A DNA stretch of 64,000 nt, taken from the NCBI GenBank assembly GCA_963703315.1, contig OY969811.1:2080001-2144000 (forward strand). The letters are read 5' to 3'. This document shows, piece by piece, positions 33,960 through 44,621 of the stretch. Made by a program: the position numbers and the translations under genes. Each line of letters starts with the position of its first letter. Position 1 is the stretch's first letter. Source of the stretch: an uncultured cyanobacterium (GTDB lineage: Bacteria > Cyanobacteriota > Cyanobacteriia > Pseudanabaenales > Pseudanabaenaceae). The notes under the pieces were generated by a model. It was not told the DNA's origin. It saw nothing but the letters and a program-made list of their open reading frames with translations, and did not search any database.

Positions 33960-34985
33960 ATGCATATTTCCGAATTAGATGAACTAGAAGCTTCAGTTAG
34001 CGATTTGCTGACCATGGCAAAGGTGGAGTTAGAACAAAATCGTCTACAACAACAACGCGATCGCCAAATTCAAGAAGCAGTAGCCCAAATTGAAGCAAGA
34101 TTAAAACCATTGCTGGCAAAAGTTGAACAGATGCTACAAGAATATGATCGTGAAGGTGGTAGCCCTAACAGTGAGACTAGGCAAAGGCTAGAAAAGAAGG
34201 CGGCGGATATTCGGCAAGAAATAGCCGAGGCTCCTAACCTTGCCTCACAACTCGCAGATCGCCAATTGATCTTGAGCGAAGAAAGACTACTAGACGAACG
34301 AATAACAGAACAAACGGCTCAATGGCGACAGGAATTAAAGGCTGATCTATTGGAGATGATCGAAGAACAAAATGATTTCTTTAGTGCTACCGATGCCTCG
34401 ATCGCCGTACGGGGATATGCCAATGATTTAAAAGCGATCGGTTCTCTCGAAGAAGTAGTTGAGGCACTGATCAATCAAATAAACTCTCACAGTGAAGAAG
34501 GTCCTGTTGCCCGCTTGCGTGGTAGCCATGAACAAACACTAACATTCATTTACAATAAGGCTCTCGAAAATCGCTCTCGCGTTGATCGCGCCCCTGATGT
34601 GCAGCCTAACGCCAGACACCGCAAATCGGAAAAACGCCCAGCTTTGTATACTGATCTCAGTGGTAAGGTGTTGGTCTTTGGTGGACACGATCGCTTGCAA
34701 ACGGCAGTTAAAAACAGATTGCGTGATTCGGCAATTAATTTAATGTGGTACACCGAACAAGATGGCTTACAGCTTGCGGCACAGGGCGAGAGTCAAATTG
34801 CAGGTGGTGATCTCATTATTATTGTGACGGGTTATGCCAGCCACTCACTTACAGAACGTGCGATCGAGGCTTGTCGTCGGGCAAATAAAACCTATGAGAT
34901 TGTAAATACCACAGGTATGACCAGACTCCTTGAAGTCATCGAATCGGGACTAAAAGCAAAACAATTAGCACGTCATTGGAAATAA
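33960..34985 (+). CDS. Coiled-coil protein with C-terminal DUF2325-like domain
   Basis: Helical N-terminus; VLVFGG...DLIIIVTGYASHSL. Confidence 0.75.
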   Translation: MHISELDELEASVSDLLTMAKVELEQNRLQQQRDRQIQEAVAQIEARLKPLLAKVEQMLQEYDREGGSPNSETRQRLEKKAADIRQEIAEAPNLASQLADRQLILSEERLLDERITEQTAQWRQELKADLLEMIEEQNDFFSATDASIAVRGYANDLKAIGSLEEVVEALINQINSHSEEGPVARLRGSHEQTLTFIYNKALENRSRVDRAPDVQPNARHRKSEKRPALYTDLSGKVLVFGGHDRLQTAVKNRLRDSAINLMWYTEQDGLQLAAQGESQIAGGDLIIIVTGYASHSLTERAIEACRRANKTYEIVNTTGMTRLLEVIESGLKAKQLARHWK

Positions 34986-35026
34986 TTATTTTTGCCGCGC
35001 TTGGCGCGGCAAAAAATTAAGATCTT

Positions 35027-35299
35027 ATGGATAAACAAACTTTTAAAACACTAACTGCTGTTGACATTGATCGCATTGTCGAGATGGCATGGGAAGATCG
35101 CACCAGCTTTGATACGATTTACGACCAATTTGGCATTTCTGAGGCAGAAGTGATTAAAATCATGCGTAAGTCAATGAAACGCTCGTCATTTCTGATGTGG
35201 CGAGAACGGGTAAGCGGTCGTAAAACTAAACACGCGAAGACTTCTGAGGCGCAAAGATTTCGTTGTAGTCAGCAAGATAAATTTAAGTCTAAAAATTAG
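35027..35299 (+). CDS. TIGR03643/DUF2805 family protein
   Basis: IDRIVEMAWEDRTSFD...EVIKIMR...SSFLMWRERVSGRKTKH. Confidence 0.88.
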   Translation: MDKQTFKTLTAVDIDRIVEMAWEDRTSFDTIYDQFGISEAEVIKIMRKSMKRSSFLMWRERVSGRKTKHAKTSEAQRFRCSQQDKFKSKN

Positions 35300-35336
35300 C
35301 CCTCACCCCCAACCCCTCTCCCGCAGGAGAGGGGAG
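35300..35336. repeat. CCCTCACCCCC...CCTCTCCC...GGAGAGGGG dispersed palindromic repeat
   Basis: Matches a common cyanobacterial short dispersed repeat type; single copy here. Confidence 0.55.
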
Positions 35337-35380
35337 AAAATAGCGGAAGGGGACTAACTCTGAAACGAGAGGTAATTTTT

Positions 35381-38275
35381 ATGCGTTCAGTTGGTAACTT
35401 TTTAGGTGTGGCAGTAGCCCTAACAATCATTGGTATACCAATGATCACGCTGCCAAAATTAGAATTTTTAGAATTTAGCGCGATCGCCCAATCATCAAAC
35501 GATCTGCGAACTCAGCAAATTACAGAGGCGGTTTATCTCAAACAATCGGGCTACGATCGCCTACTTAAAGCTGATCCTCAAGGGGCGATCGCGGATTTAC
35601 AAAAGGCTTTAGAACTCTTTCGCAAGTGGAACGCGACAGGTGGTGAACGTGACACTCTGAATTTTTTGGGAGATGTGTATTTAACAACGGGGCAGTATGA
35701 CAAAGCGATGCCCTATTTTCAGCAAGCTTTGAAAATTGCCAAAGATATTGCTAAATCCCCCGATGGTGATCCTGTAGATGTGGGTTATACCTTGCAATAT
35801 ATTGCTGATGTCCATGATAAGCAGCGTCAGTACGAGCAAGCTTTACCCGTTTATCAACAGGCTCTCGATATTTTTCGCGATCGCTTAAAAGCCAAAAAAG
35901 GCGATCGCGAATCTTTGCAAACTAGCGAAAGTGTCACCCTTTCAAGAATGGCTTCGATCTATTTCAAATCTGCCCAATACGATCAGGCTTTGGCAAGTTA
36001 TCAACAAATGTTACCTAGTGCCATTGAGCGCAAAGATATCATTGGCAGAGTCCAGACTTTAAATAATATTGGTGTGATCTATGCCAATCAAACCCAATAT
36101 GCTCAAGCCTTAGAATCCTACGAGCAATCCTTAGCATTAGTCCGCACCCTCTGTTGTTATCGTGGCGATGAAGCAGCAATTCTCAATAATTTGAGCGCTT
36201 TGTATTTTAGTCTGGGACAGAATCGCCGCGCTCTAGAGTTAGCGGATCAGGGGACTAAAATCTATTTCAAGTTAAATACGGAAAATTTTTCAGGATTGCA
36301 AAAAACTGAAATTGAACTGCTCCATGATGTCTTAGGTGAGGATAATAGCAATCCCACGCTGACAAGTCGCGGCTTATCGGTACGCGCCACAGTGGGTGAC
36401 ACTGCCGATAATAATGTCACCGTCAAGGCAGGACAAGCCAATAATCTCAATAATCTTGCCCAACTCTATAGCAATAGCGGCAAATATAAGGAAGCGATCG
36501 CTCTGTTCCAGAAAGCCAAAACTATCTATCAAGATATTGGTAATGATTTAGGAATTGGGATTACCCTCGATAATATCGGTAGTACCTATGCCCGATTAGG
36601 ACAAACAGAACAATCTATTTCTTTCCATCAACAAGCGTTGACGCAATATGAGAAAGTTGGTGATCGCGCAGGTATTGGTGTGGCATTGAGTAATCTCGGT
36701 CGTGCCTATACCAATACGGGCAAGCAATCGGAGGCGATTACTGCTTATCAAAAAGCACTAAATATTGCTAGAGAAGTTCGCGATCGCAGTACTGAAGCCG
36801 TAGTACTCGCAAATATTGGTGATTTATTAACGCAACAAAAACAGATTGAACTGGCGATCGCCTTTCTCAAGAATTCAGTAAATGTGCGCGAATCGATTCG
36901 TCAATCAATCCGTATGCTACCTCGCGAAGATCGGGCGGCTTACAAACAAAGTGTTTCCTATACCTATCGCAATCTTGCCAAGCTTCTGTTACAACAAAAT
37001 CGGATTAATGAAGCGATTCAAATTCTCGATCTCTTAAAAGTTCAAGAACTTCAGGACTATTTGCGCGATGTTAAAGGGAATGATCGCACCTCTGCGGGAA
37101 TTACCCTCTTTGCACCTGAGCAATTGGTAATTAATGCTGATATCAAGTCTTTAATTAATGGCTCCCCTTTAACTGCTCAAATTCAGCAAGCTGCTACCCA
37201 ACAAGAAAGTAGTCTCACCACCTCGCGATCGCTATTGGCAAATGTCCAGAAATTTGGTGATCGGGCGGCTCTCTTCTATCCATTACTATTTGAAGATCGA
37301 TTATTTTTAGTACTGCTACCTGCGAAGTCTGCACCAATTCTGCGTTCTATTGCGATGCAGCCGCAAGAGTTTACCAAATTGTTAGTGAGCTTTCGTGCCG
37401 ATTTACAGGATGCAAGCTCCAGTGATGTTAAAGAGTCTTCTGCTCAACTGTATCAATATCTGATTAAACCCATCGAAGCCGATCTCAAGACTGCCAATAT
37501 TGAACTACTGCTTTATGCTCCCGATGGTCAGATGCGTTATATTCCCCTTGCCGCTTTGTATGATGGCAAACAATGGCTGATCGAGCGCTATAGCTTTAAT
37601 TATCTGACCGCATCAGGATTTCTCGATTTACAAACCGTTGCTAAAGTCCCCCTGAAAGCGATCGCTGCTGCCTTTACTCAAGGTCAAGTCAAATTTGAAA
37701 TCGGCAATGAGAAATTCTCTTTTACAGGTTTACCCTTTGCTGGCAGAGAAATTGATAAAATTGCCGCAATTTTCCCCAACACCACCAAATTAGTGGACGG
37801 CTCCTTCAGTCATCGTGCCACAGTCTCCCAATTCGGTGAATATAATCTAATTCATTTAGCCACCCATGCCGCCTTTGTACGTGGCACACCTGAAGATTCC
37901 TTTGTGCTGATGGGTAATGGCGATCGCCTGAATTTGCGAGAATTACGCGAATGGAAGTTACCCAATACCCAATTAATCGTCCTTAGTGCTTGTCAAACAG
38001 CGATCGGTGGCGTGGTTGGCAGTGGTGAAGAGATTCTCGGTTTTGGCTATCAAATTCAGCGTACTGGCGCAAGGGCAGCGATCGCTTCTCTGTGGACGGT
38101 GAGTGATCAGGGAACACAATCACTGATGGGTAACTTCTATACACAGTTGCAGCAAGGTAAAAATGTTATCAATTCATTACGAGAATCTCAGCTTAGTCTA
38201 TTGCAATCCAAGCAAAGTGAATTTCAACATCCTTATTTTTGGTCAGCCTTCATTCTCATTGGCAATGGAAATTAA
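35381..38275 (+). CDS. Exported TPR-repeat + CHAT domain protein
   Basis: Signal peptide, many TPRs, IHLATHA, VLSACQT, ASLWTVSD, HPYFWSAFILIGN. Confidence 0.92.
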   Translation: MRSVGNFLGVAVALTIIGIPMITLPKLEFLEFSAIAQSSNDLRTQQITEAVYLKQSGYDRLLKADPQGAIADLQKALELFRKWNATGGERDTLNFLGDVYLTTGQYDKAMPYFQQALKIAKDIAKSPDGDPVDVGYTLQYIADVHDKQRQYEQALPVYQQALDIFRDRLKAKKGDRESLQTSESVTLSRMASIYFKSAQYDQALASYQQMLPSAIERKDIIGRVQTLNNIGVIYANQTQYAQALESYEQSLALVRTLCCYRGDEAAILNNLSALYFSLGQNRRALELADQGTKIYFKLNTENFSGLQKTEIELLHDVLGEDNSNPTLTSRGLSVRATVGDTADNNVTVKAGQANNLNNLAQLYSNSGKYKEAIALFQKAKTIYQDIGNDLGIGITLDNIGSTYARLGQTEQSISFHQQALTQYEKVGDRAGIGVALSNLGRAYTNTGKQSEAITAYQKALNIAREVRDRSTEAVVLANIGDLLTQQKQIELAIAFLKNSVNVRESIRQSIRMLPREDRAAYKQSVSYTYRNLAKLLLQQNRINEAIQILDLLKVQELQDYLRDVKGNDRTSAGITLFAPEQLVINADIKSLINGSPLTAQIQQAATQQESSLTTSRSLLANVQKFGDRAALFYPLLFEDRLFLVLLPAKSAPILRSIAMQPQEFTKLLVSFRADLQDASSSDVKESSAQLYQYLIKPIEADLKTANIELLLYAPDGQMRYIPLAALYDGKQWLIERYSFNYLTASGFLDLQTVAKVPLKAIAAAFTQGQVKFEIGNEKFSFTGLPFAGREIDKIAAIFPNTTKLVDGSFSHRATVSQFGEYNLIHLATHAAFVRGTPEDSFVLMGNGDRLNLRELREWKLPNTQLIVLSACQTAIGGVVGSGEEILGFGYQIQRTGARAAIASLWTVSDQGTQSLMGNFYTQLQQGKNVINSLRESQLSLLQSKQSEFQHPYFWSAFILIGNGN

Positions 38276-38285
38276 CTAACATGAT

Positions 38286-38322
38286 AGGATTGTTTCCCCG
38301 CCTTTGGCGGGGAAACAATCCT
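38286..38322. repeat. GGATTGTTTCCCCGCC hairpin repeat (second copy 42874-42910)
   Basis: GGATTGTTTCCCCGCC-TTT-GGCGGGGAAACAATCC. Confidence 0.75.
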
Positions 38323-38366
38323 GTACTTCTTCATTATTTGAAAGTTACTAGCTTAATTGTATTCTT

Positions 38367-38470
38367 TAAGTAGCTCAGCATCGTTAAAACCCAAAACCAG
38401 AGCTTGTGCCGCCCGCGTAGCGGGCGGCACAAGCTTCTAGGTTTTAAGTTTACTTATGCCTAGCTACTTA
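38367..38470. mobile_element. TAAGTAGCT-family MITE
   Basis: Near-identical to 9191-9292. Confidence 0.75.
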
Positions 38471-38477
38471 GTATGTA

Positions 38478-38580
38478 ATACCAAAACTAAAAATGGCTAC
38501 GCCATTTTTAGTTTTGAAAACCCTTACTGGGTTTGGTTTTTAATTCACAAAAGTGTTGTCACACTTTCGTGAATTGGTAT
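38478..38580. mobile_element. ATACC...GGTAT family MITE
   Basis: Terminal ATACCAA/TTGGTAT, two internal hairpins; three copies in the window. Confidence 0.75.
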
Positions 38581-38714
38581 AAGGTTAGAAATCCGATTGA
38601 GATTAGAGGATCACTGTTGGGGGTTGGGAAAATAGGCGATCGCCCTGATCTCTCTAATTAAATATTTCCAAAAAATAAGGTTTTGTTGTATTATAATAAA
38701 CCGTGAAATTGTTT

Positions 38715-38788
38715 GGGCTAGTAGCTCAGTTGTATAGAGCAATCGCCTTCTAAGCGATCGGTCGATGGTTAGAGTCCATCCTAGCCTG
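38715..38788 (+). tRNA. tRNA-Arg(TCT) with non-canonical U19/A56
   Basis: GGGCTAG/CTAGCCT acceptor, anticodon arm ATCGC-CTTCTAA-GCGAT, A20 Arg identity base, T arm GATGG-TTAGAGT-CCATC. Confidence 0.9.
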
Positions 38789-38958
38789 TTCCTTATAAAA
38801 CCCTAAAAGCTGTGGCGCACGCGCAGCGTGCGCCACAGCTTTTAAAAATGGTTATTAATTATACCAAGGTACTTACTATAAAATAGGTGATGGTCAAAAT
38901 TTGCTGATCGCTTATTTCATAATTTTATAGATTTACTTTTAGGATTCAATATTTAAAC

Positions 38959-40041
38959 ATGGGTAGTACATTCGGGCATTTATTTCGCGTCACGACATTT
39001 GGGGAATCTCACGGTGGGGGCGTGGGGGCAATCGTCGATGGATGTCCACCACAGCTTGAGCTTAGCGAAGCTGATATTCAAGTTGATCTCGATCGCCGTA
39101 AACCGGGGCAAAGCAAAATTGTGACTCCTCGCCGCGAAGACGATCGCGCCCAAATTTTGTCAGGAGTGTTTGAAGGCAAAACCCTTGGCACACCGATCAT
39201 GATTTTGGTGCAGAACAAAGATGCTCGTAGCCAAGACTATTCAGAAATGGCTGAAAAATTCCGTCCTTCCCATGCCGATGCTACCTATCAGGCAAAATAT
39301 GGCATTCGTAATTGGCAAGGCGGCGGCAGATCTTCGGCAAGGGAAACTATCGGTCGAGTTGCGGCGGGGGCGATCGCCAAGAAGATCCTCAAACAAGCCG
39401 CAGGTGTGGAAATTATTGCCTATGTGCGACAGGTCAAAGATTTAGTTGCCCCTGATATCGATCCGAATACTGTCACACTGGAGCAAGTGGAAAGCAATAT
39501 CTTGCGTTGTCCTGATGCTGTCATGGCAGAAAAAATGATTGACTTCATCGACAAAATTCGACGTGATGGGAACTCCGTTGGTGGCATTGTTGAATGTGTG
39601 GCGCGAAATGTTCCTGTGGGTTTAGGCGATCCTGTCTTTGATAAGTTGGAAGCGGATCTGGCGAAAGCGGTAATGTCTTTACCTGCTAGCAAAGGTTTTG
39701 AGATTGGATCAGGATTTGATGGTGTGCATTTAACTGGGCGTGAACATAACGATGAGTTCTATATGGATGGCGATCGCCTGCGTACACGCACCAATAATTC
39801 TGGCGGCATTCAAGGCGGTATTTCTAATGGAGAGAATATTATTCTGCGGGTTGCCTTTAAGCCAACAGCAACGATTTTGTTAGAGCAGAAAACGGTATCA
39901 GTTACAGGCGAAGATACCACGCTGACAGGTAGAGGTCGTCATGATCCCTGTGTGTTACCTCGTGCCGTGCCGATGGTGGAGGCGATGGTAGCTTTGGTAT
40001 TGTGCGATCGCTATCTCACTCAAAAAACAATTGCGCTTTAG
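38959..40041 (+). CDS. aroC: Chorismate synthase
   Basis: [40 protein letters not shown]. Confidence 0.98.
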   Translation: MGSTFGHLFRVTTFGESHGGGVGAIVDGCPPQLELSEADIQVDLDRRKPGQSKIVTPRREDDRAQILSGVFEGKTLGTPIMILVQNKDARSQDYSEMAEKFRPSHADATYQAKYGIRNWQGGGRSSARETIGRVAAGAIAKKILKQAAGVEIIAYVRQVKDLVAPDIDPNTVTLEQVESNILRCPDAVMAEKMIDFIDKIRRDGNSVGGIVECVARNVPVGLGDPVFDKLEADLAKAVMSLPASKGFEIGSGFDGVHLTGREHNDEFYMDGDRLRTRTNNSGGIQGGISNGENIILRVAFKPTATILLEQKTVSVTGEDTTLTGRGRHDPCVLPRAVPMVEAMVALVLCDRYLTQKTIAL

Positions 40042-40096
40042 AAATAAGAGAAGAGTGATGTGCCGCACAAAGCGCAGCACATCACTCTTTTAGGAC

Positions 40097-42772
40097 TTAG
40101 TTAAACACTAAGGTGTCATTCTCTACCGTAATTTGGATGGTGTGACCTTCGGCAAAGGTTCCTTCGAGAATTTTGGTAGCGATGGGATTTTCAATTTCTC
40201 TTTGAATAGCCCGTTTGAGTGGACGCGCACCGTAGGATGGATCGTAGCCAACGGCTGCAATATAGTCTTTGGCTTCTTCACTCAGGTTCAGAGAAATCTT
40301 GCGATCGCTCAGTCGATTCTCAATACGTTTAATTTGTAATGTGGCGATCGAGCGAATCTCATTTCTTCGTAACGCATGGAAGATTACGGTTTCATCGATG
40401 CGATTGAGAAATTCAGGGCGGAAATGTTGGCGCAACACATCGAGAACTTTATCGCGCATTTCTTCATATTTAGAATCACCGTCAAGGTTACTGGGCAAGT
40501 CTTTAGATACTTCTAAAATGCGATCGCTACCAATGTTGCTGGTCATGATGATGACTGTGTTTTTGCAATCAACTAAGCGCCCTTGACTGTCAGTAATTCT
40601 GCCATCGTCAAGCACTTGCAAGAGAATATTAAACACATCAGGATGCGCTTTCTCCACTTCATCAAATAGCACCACTGAGTAAGGATGGCGACGCACTGCT
40701 TCCGAAAATTGTCCGCCTTCTTCATAGCCAACATACCCAGGGGGCGCACCGATTAAGCGCGATACGGAATGCTTCTCCATATATTCCGACATATCAATCC
40801 GAATCATTGAGTTGTCAGCATCAAATAAAAACTCAGCAAGGGCGCGAGCCAGTTCCGTTTTACCAACACCTGTGGGACCCAAAAACAGGAAAGAACCGAG
40901 AGGACGATTGGGATCGTTCATACCTGCGCGGGCGCGGCGGATTGCTGATGCTACAGAAGTTACGGCTTCCTCTTGACCAATGACGCGATCGTGGAGATGA
41001 GTTTCTAAGGTGAGGAGTTTCTGACGTTCTGACAGTAATAACTTTTTGAGGGGAATCCCTGTCCAACGCGCCACGATTTCAGCAATATCATCTTCAGTAA
41101 CTTGTTCACGGAATAAAATCGAACCATCGGCTCTGGCGCGATTTAGTTCTAGTTCTGCTTCATCAAGATTTTTCTCTAATTCCGTCAGTTTGCCATATTT
41201 AAGTTCAGCAGCCCGATTGAGATTAAATTCCCGTTCTGCTTGTTCAATTTGCAACTTAGTTTGATCAATCTGTTCCTTCAGCGATCGCAAATTATCGATA
41301 GTATCCTTTTCCTGTTGCCAACGATCATCAAGGGCAATTTGCCGATCGCGCAATTCGTCCATTTCTTTATCAAGGCGATCGAGACGATCTTTTACAGCCT
41401 TACCACTCTTGGTTTTATAAACTACCTTACCCTCAGTTTCCGTGCGTTCGATGGGTGCAAAATCACCTTCCTTTTGCAAAGATAGTCTTTCCATTTCTAA
41501 TTGCATTAAACGGCGATCAATTTCATCGAGTTCTAAAGGTCGAGAATCAACCTCCATTTTTAACTTTGCCGCCGACTCATCCACAAGATCGATCGCTTTA
41601 TCAGGTAAGAAGCGATCGGTAATATAGCGATTGGAAAGGGTTGCCGCCGCTACTAGTGCCGAGTCAGAAATGCTGACACCATGATGAACTTCATAGCGTT
41701 CTTTTAGTCCACGCAAAATCGAAATCGTATCTTCCACTGTGGGCTGATCGACAACAACTTGTTGAAAGCGACGTTCTAAGGCGGCATCCTTCTCAATATA
41801 TTGACGATATTCATCCAAAGTTGTCGCGCCAATACAACGCAGTTCTCCTCGCGCTAACATTGGTTTGAGTAAGTTCCCCGCATCCATTGCCCCCTGCTGC
41901 GTGGCTCCTGCCCCCACCACCGTATGCAACTCGTCAATAAACAGCACAATTTTGCCATCGGAATTGAGAACTTCCTTAAGAACTGCTTTTAGTCGATCTT
42001 CAAATTCACCACGATATTTTGCGCCCGCAATTAGAGAACCCATGTCAAGGCTAATGATGGTGCGATCTTTGAGAGATTCTGGCACATCTCCACGAATGAT
42101 TCTTTGCGCTAAACCTTCAGCGATCGCTGTTTTGCCGACCCCTGGTTCGCCAATCAGCACAGGATTGTTTTTGGTACGCCGTGACAATACCTGCATCACC
42201 CGCCGAATTTCATCATCTCGCCCAATCACAGGATCGAGTTTGCCTTCCTTGGCTTGCTCTGTCAGATCGCGCCCATATTTCTCCAAAGCCGCATACTTGG
42301 CTTCAGGATTTTGATCGGTGATGGTTTGACTACCGCGTACCGCCTTAATGGTTTCCTCTAACTTTTTGCGATCAATGCTCAAATCGCGATAGAGCCGCTT
42401 ACCGAGGCGATCGTCATCGGCTAAGCCGATCAGCAAATGTTCGATCGCCATAAATTCATCACCAAAGCTCTTACGACTTTCCTCAGCGCGATCAAGCCAT
42501 ACTTCCAAATTGCGCCCTAAGTACAACTGTTCTGGACTTGCCACGCGGGGCTGTCGTCGCAAAAATTCTTCCACTTGCCGCCGCACCCGCGCCATTGGCA
42601 CAGACATTGCTGTAAAGATCGTTGCTGTTAAGCCTTCTTCCTGCTCCAATAGCGCCATTACTAAATGTTCGACTTCGAGTTGCTGATGTTGCGATCGCCT
42701 AGCGACCTCTTGCGATTTGACGATCGCTTCCCATGCTTTTTCAGTAAATTTTTTCGGATCGGTTGGTTGCAT
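40097..42772 (-). CDS. clpB: ATP-dependent chaperone ClpB
   Basis: Two AAA+ modules ([16 protein letters not shown]), M-domain coiled coil, GYVG loop. Confidence 0.96.
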   Translation of the reverse strand: MQPTDPKKFTEKAWEAIVKSQEVARRSQHQQLEVEHLVMALLEQEEGLTATIFTAMSVPMARVRRQVEEFLRRQPRVASPEQLYLGRNLEVWLDRAEESRKSFGDEFMAIEHLLIGLADDDRLGKRLYRDLSIDRKKLEETIKAVRGSQTITDQNPEAKYAALEKYGRDLTEQAKEGKLDPVIGRDDEIRRVMQVLSRRTKNNPVLIGEPGVGKTAIAEGLAQRIIRGDVPESLKDRTIISLDMGSLIAGAKYRGEFEDRLKAVLKEVLNSDGKIVLFIDELHTVVGAGATQQGAMDAGNLLKPMLARGELRCIGATTLDEYRQYIEKDAALERRFQQVVVDQPTVEDTISILRGLKERYEVHHGVSISDSALVAAATLSNRYITDRFLPDKAIDLVDESAAKLKMEVDSRPLELDEIDRRLMQLEMERLSLQKEGDFAPIERTETEGKVVYKTKSGKAVKDRLDRLDKEMDELRDRQIALDDRWQQEKDTIDNLRSLKEQIDQTKLQIEQAEREFNLNRAAELKYGKLTELEKNLDEAELELNRARADGSILFREQVTEDDIAEIVARWTGIPLKKLLLSERQKLLTLETHLHDRVIGQEEAVTSVASAIRRARAGMNDPNRPLGSFLFLGPTGVGKTELARALAEFLFDADNSMIRIDMSEYMEKHSVSRLIGAPPGYVGYEEGGQFSEAVRRHPYSVVLFDEVEKAHPDVFNILLQVLDDGRITDSQGRLVDCKNTVIIMTSNIGSDRILEVSKDLPSNLDGDSKYEEMRDKVLDVLRQHFRPEFLNRIDETVIFHALRRNEIRSIATLQIKRIENRLSDRKISLNLSEEAKDYIAAVGYDPSYGARPLKRAIQREIENPIATKILEGTFAEGHTIQITVENDTLVFN

Positions 42773-42959
42773 TGGCTTTGGTTACAGCAGGTCGTGGGGA
42801 TGACTAACGTTAGTTAAGATAAGTTTACATTATTGTCAAAGGCTATATAACGCTTTTCAAGCAAGCGGAGTATGGGATTGTTTCCCCGCCTTCGGCGGGG
42901 AAACAATCCCATACAGGTGATCACCTAGTTATTGAGTAATAGAATCTCTACTTCCGTAA

Positions 42960-44615
42960 TTATTTGAGAATTAAATAAAGTTCACTACTTTGCTTGCTTA
43001 AATCATTGCTGGTACTAGCAAAACCGCTTGTTTGCACATATTTAAAAACTTGTGCAAGAGGAGAATTGCTAATATTTTGAACGATTTCACTGGCGGCGTT
43101 GAGGTTGACAAGGCTGGTCTGGAACCAAGAAAGATCGAGATTTTTGTCAATATAACCGTAGTTTAGGCGATCGCTTGGTAACTTTGCCAAAATAGCTTTA
43201 AAACTCTTAGATGCTGCGATTGATTGACTATCTTTGAGGGTTAATGCAGATTCTAAAACTGGTAAAGAACTTGATAGATATACATACTCTTTAGTCTGAG
43301 TATGCGCCACCACCACATTTCCTGAGACTTCAGACTTGTCGCTAGCCGAGAGCTTTGTCCAGATGGTCACAGGTTGAGTCTTCAGTGAGATTTCACCAAC
43401 GGTAAGCTTATTTCTGGCAATGTCATCAAGAGCAGCGATCGCTGTTTTCGTAGTATTTGCATCTTCTACTTTTGCCACTAGTAACCAATCAGGATGGCTA
43501 TTTGGTTTGGGAAGTACCGCGATCGCATAGTCTTGCTGTACCCATGCCAAAGCATTACTATCTAGAGAGATAGGAGCGATCGCCTTGGCTAATAATTGTT
43601 TCCATTCGGGCAGTAATGTATCTTGCAGACCTTGCAAAGTTGCACCGAGATTATGACCAATGATTACGGAACTAGCCGCCGCAGGGATTGCTTTCGTAAT
43701 ATTGCTAGAGGATTTTTGAGAAGATGCCAGCTTAGATGCCAACTTAGTTGCTTGAAGATCAGCGTTGCTACTACTTGCCACAGTTAACGCAGTTTTCACC
43801 CTAATTCCCGACTTGTCAAAACTAAAGCCCATTAATAAACTTTCTTTAGGCAAATCTTCATCTAGTTCCGCCAAATTCACATAAGCGACACCGACTTTAC
43901 CTGTATTTTTACCACTATCTAGTTGTATGAGGCGATCGCTATAGGTATCGAGACTCGTCAACGCTAAGTTTGGCGATTTGAAATCATCGATCGCACTATG
44001 TAACACCCTTGCATCATTGGCAAATAAGACGAACTTACCCAACGTTGTCCCCGCGATCGCAGGTTTGTCGTCCACAAAACTCGTACTTAAAATGGAAATG
44101 CCCTGATATTGCTCAAAGCCGATATCAGAGCCATTCACCGCTAATCTTTGCCAAAAAGCATCAATACTCGTTTTGGCAAGTTCCACATCTTTAGCCGCAA
44201 AAGCTAATAAATAGCCTGTTTGCAATCCATTAGTAGGTTGATGATCCAGATCAACATCGGTCACAGCTAAGGTAATCTCGCGATCGTGCCAAGGCTGAAT
44301 ATCGCGCTCGTAGTCTAGCAACCAGTTTTGTTGCAATTGCTGTTTGAGATGAGTCAATTCACGCCGCACATCGCCGCGATCGCTGGGTGGTGCTGCCAAC
44401 TTGGCAAATAGTCCTAATTTTTCAGGATTGACCAAAAATGAAATAAAGGCAGGTGATTTTTGCGGCAACAGTTGCACCGCTTCAGGTTGGGCTTTGACAC
44501 CGCGTAAGACATCGCGTGGATTGGCTGCAAATACCTTGGCGATCGTATTCAAACTCAGCACTAGCAGCAAAGCTCCTAGTACGGCAATTCCCACAAAAAC
44601 AGGTTTGATTTTCAT
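42960..44615 (-). CDS. DUF3352-like exported protein
   Basis: N-terminal TM; LDYERDIQPW...EITLAV...GYLL, resembling this cyanobacterial family. Confidence 0.75.
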   Translation of the reverse strand: MKIKPVFVGIAVLGALLLVLSLNTIAKVFAANPRDVLRGVKAQPEAVQLLPQKSPAFISFLVNPEKLGLFAKLAAPPSDRGDVRRELTHLKQQLQQNWLLDYERDIQPWHDREITLAVTDVDLDHQPTNGLQTGYLLAFAAKDVELAKTSIDAFWQRLAVNGSDIGFEQYQGISILSTSFVDDKPAIAGTTLGKFVLFANDARVLHSAIDDFKSPNLALTSLDTYSDRLIQLDSGKNTGKVGVAYVNLAELDEDLPKESLLMGFSFDKSGIRVKTALTVASSSNADLQATKLASKLASSQKSSSNITKAIPAAASSVIIGHNLGATLQGLQDTLLPEWKQLLAKAIAPISLDSNALAWVQQDYAIAVLPKPNSHPDWLLVAKVEDANTTKTAIAALDDIARNKLTVGEISLKTQPVTIWTKLSASDKSEVSGNVVVAHTQTKEYVYLSSSLPVLESALTLKDSQSIAASKSFKAILAKLPSDRLNYGYIDKNLDLSWFQTSLVNLNAASEIVQNISNSPLAQVFKYVQTSGFASTSNDLSKQSSELYLILK

Positions 44616-44621
44616 AAAGTC

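Noticed and set aside
35381..38275. TPR-CHAT protein as a caspase-like defence system
   Set aside because: It has a signal peptide, has no adjacent substrate/effector or CRISPR partner, and belongs to a very common cyanobacterial class.
42927..42960. Possible duplicated tail of the DUF3352-like gene
   Set aside because: Similarity too weak to distinguish from AT-rich chance.
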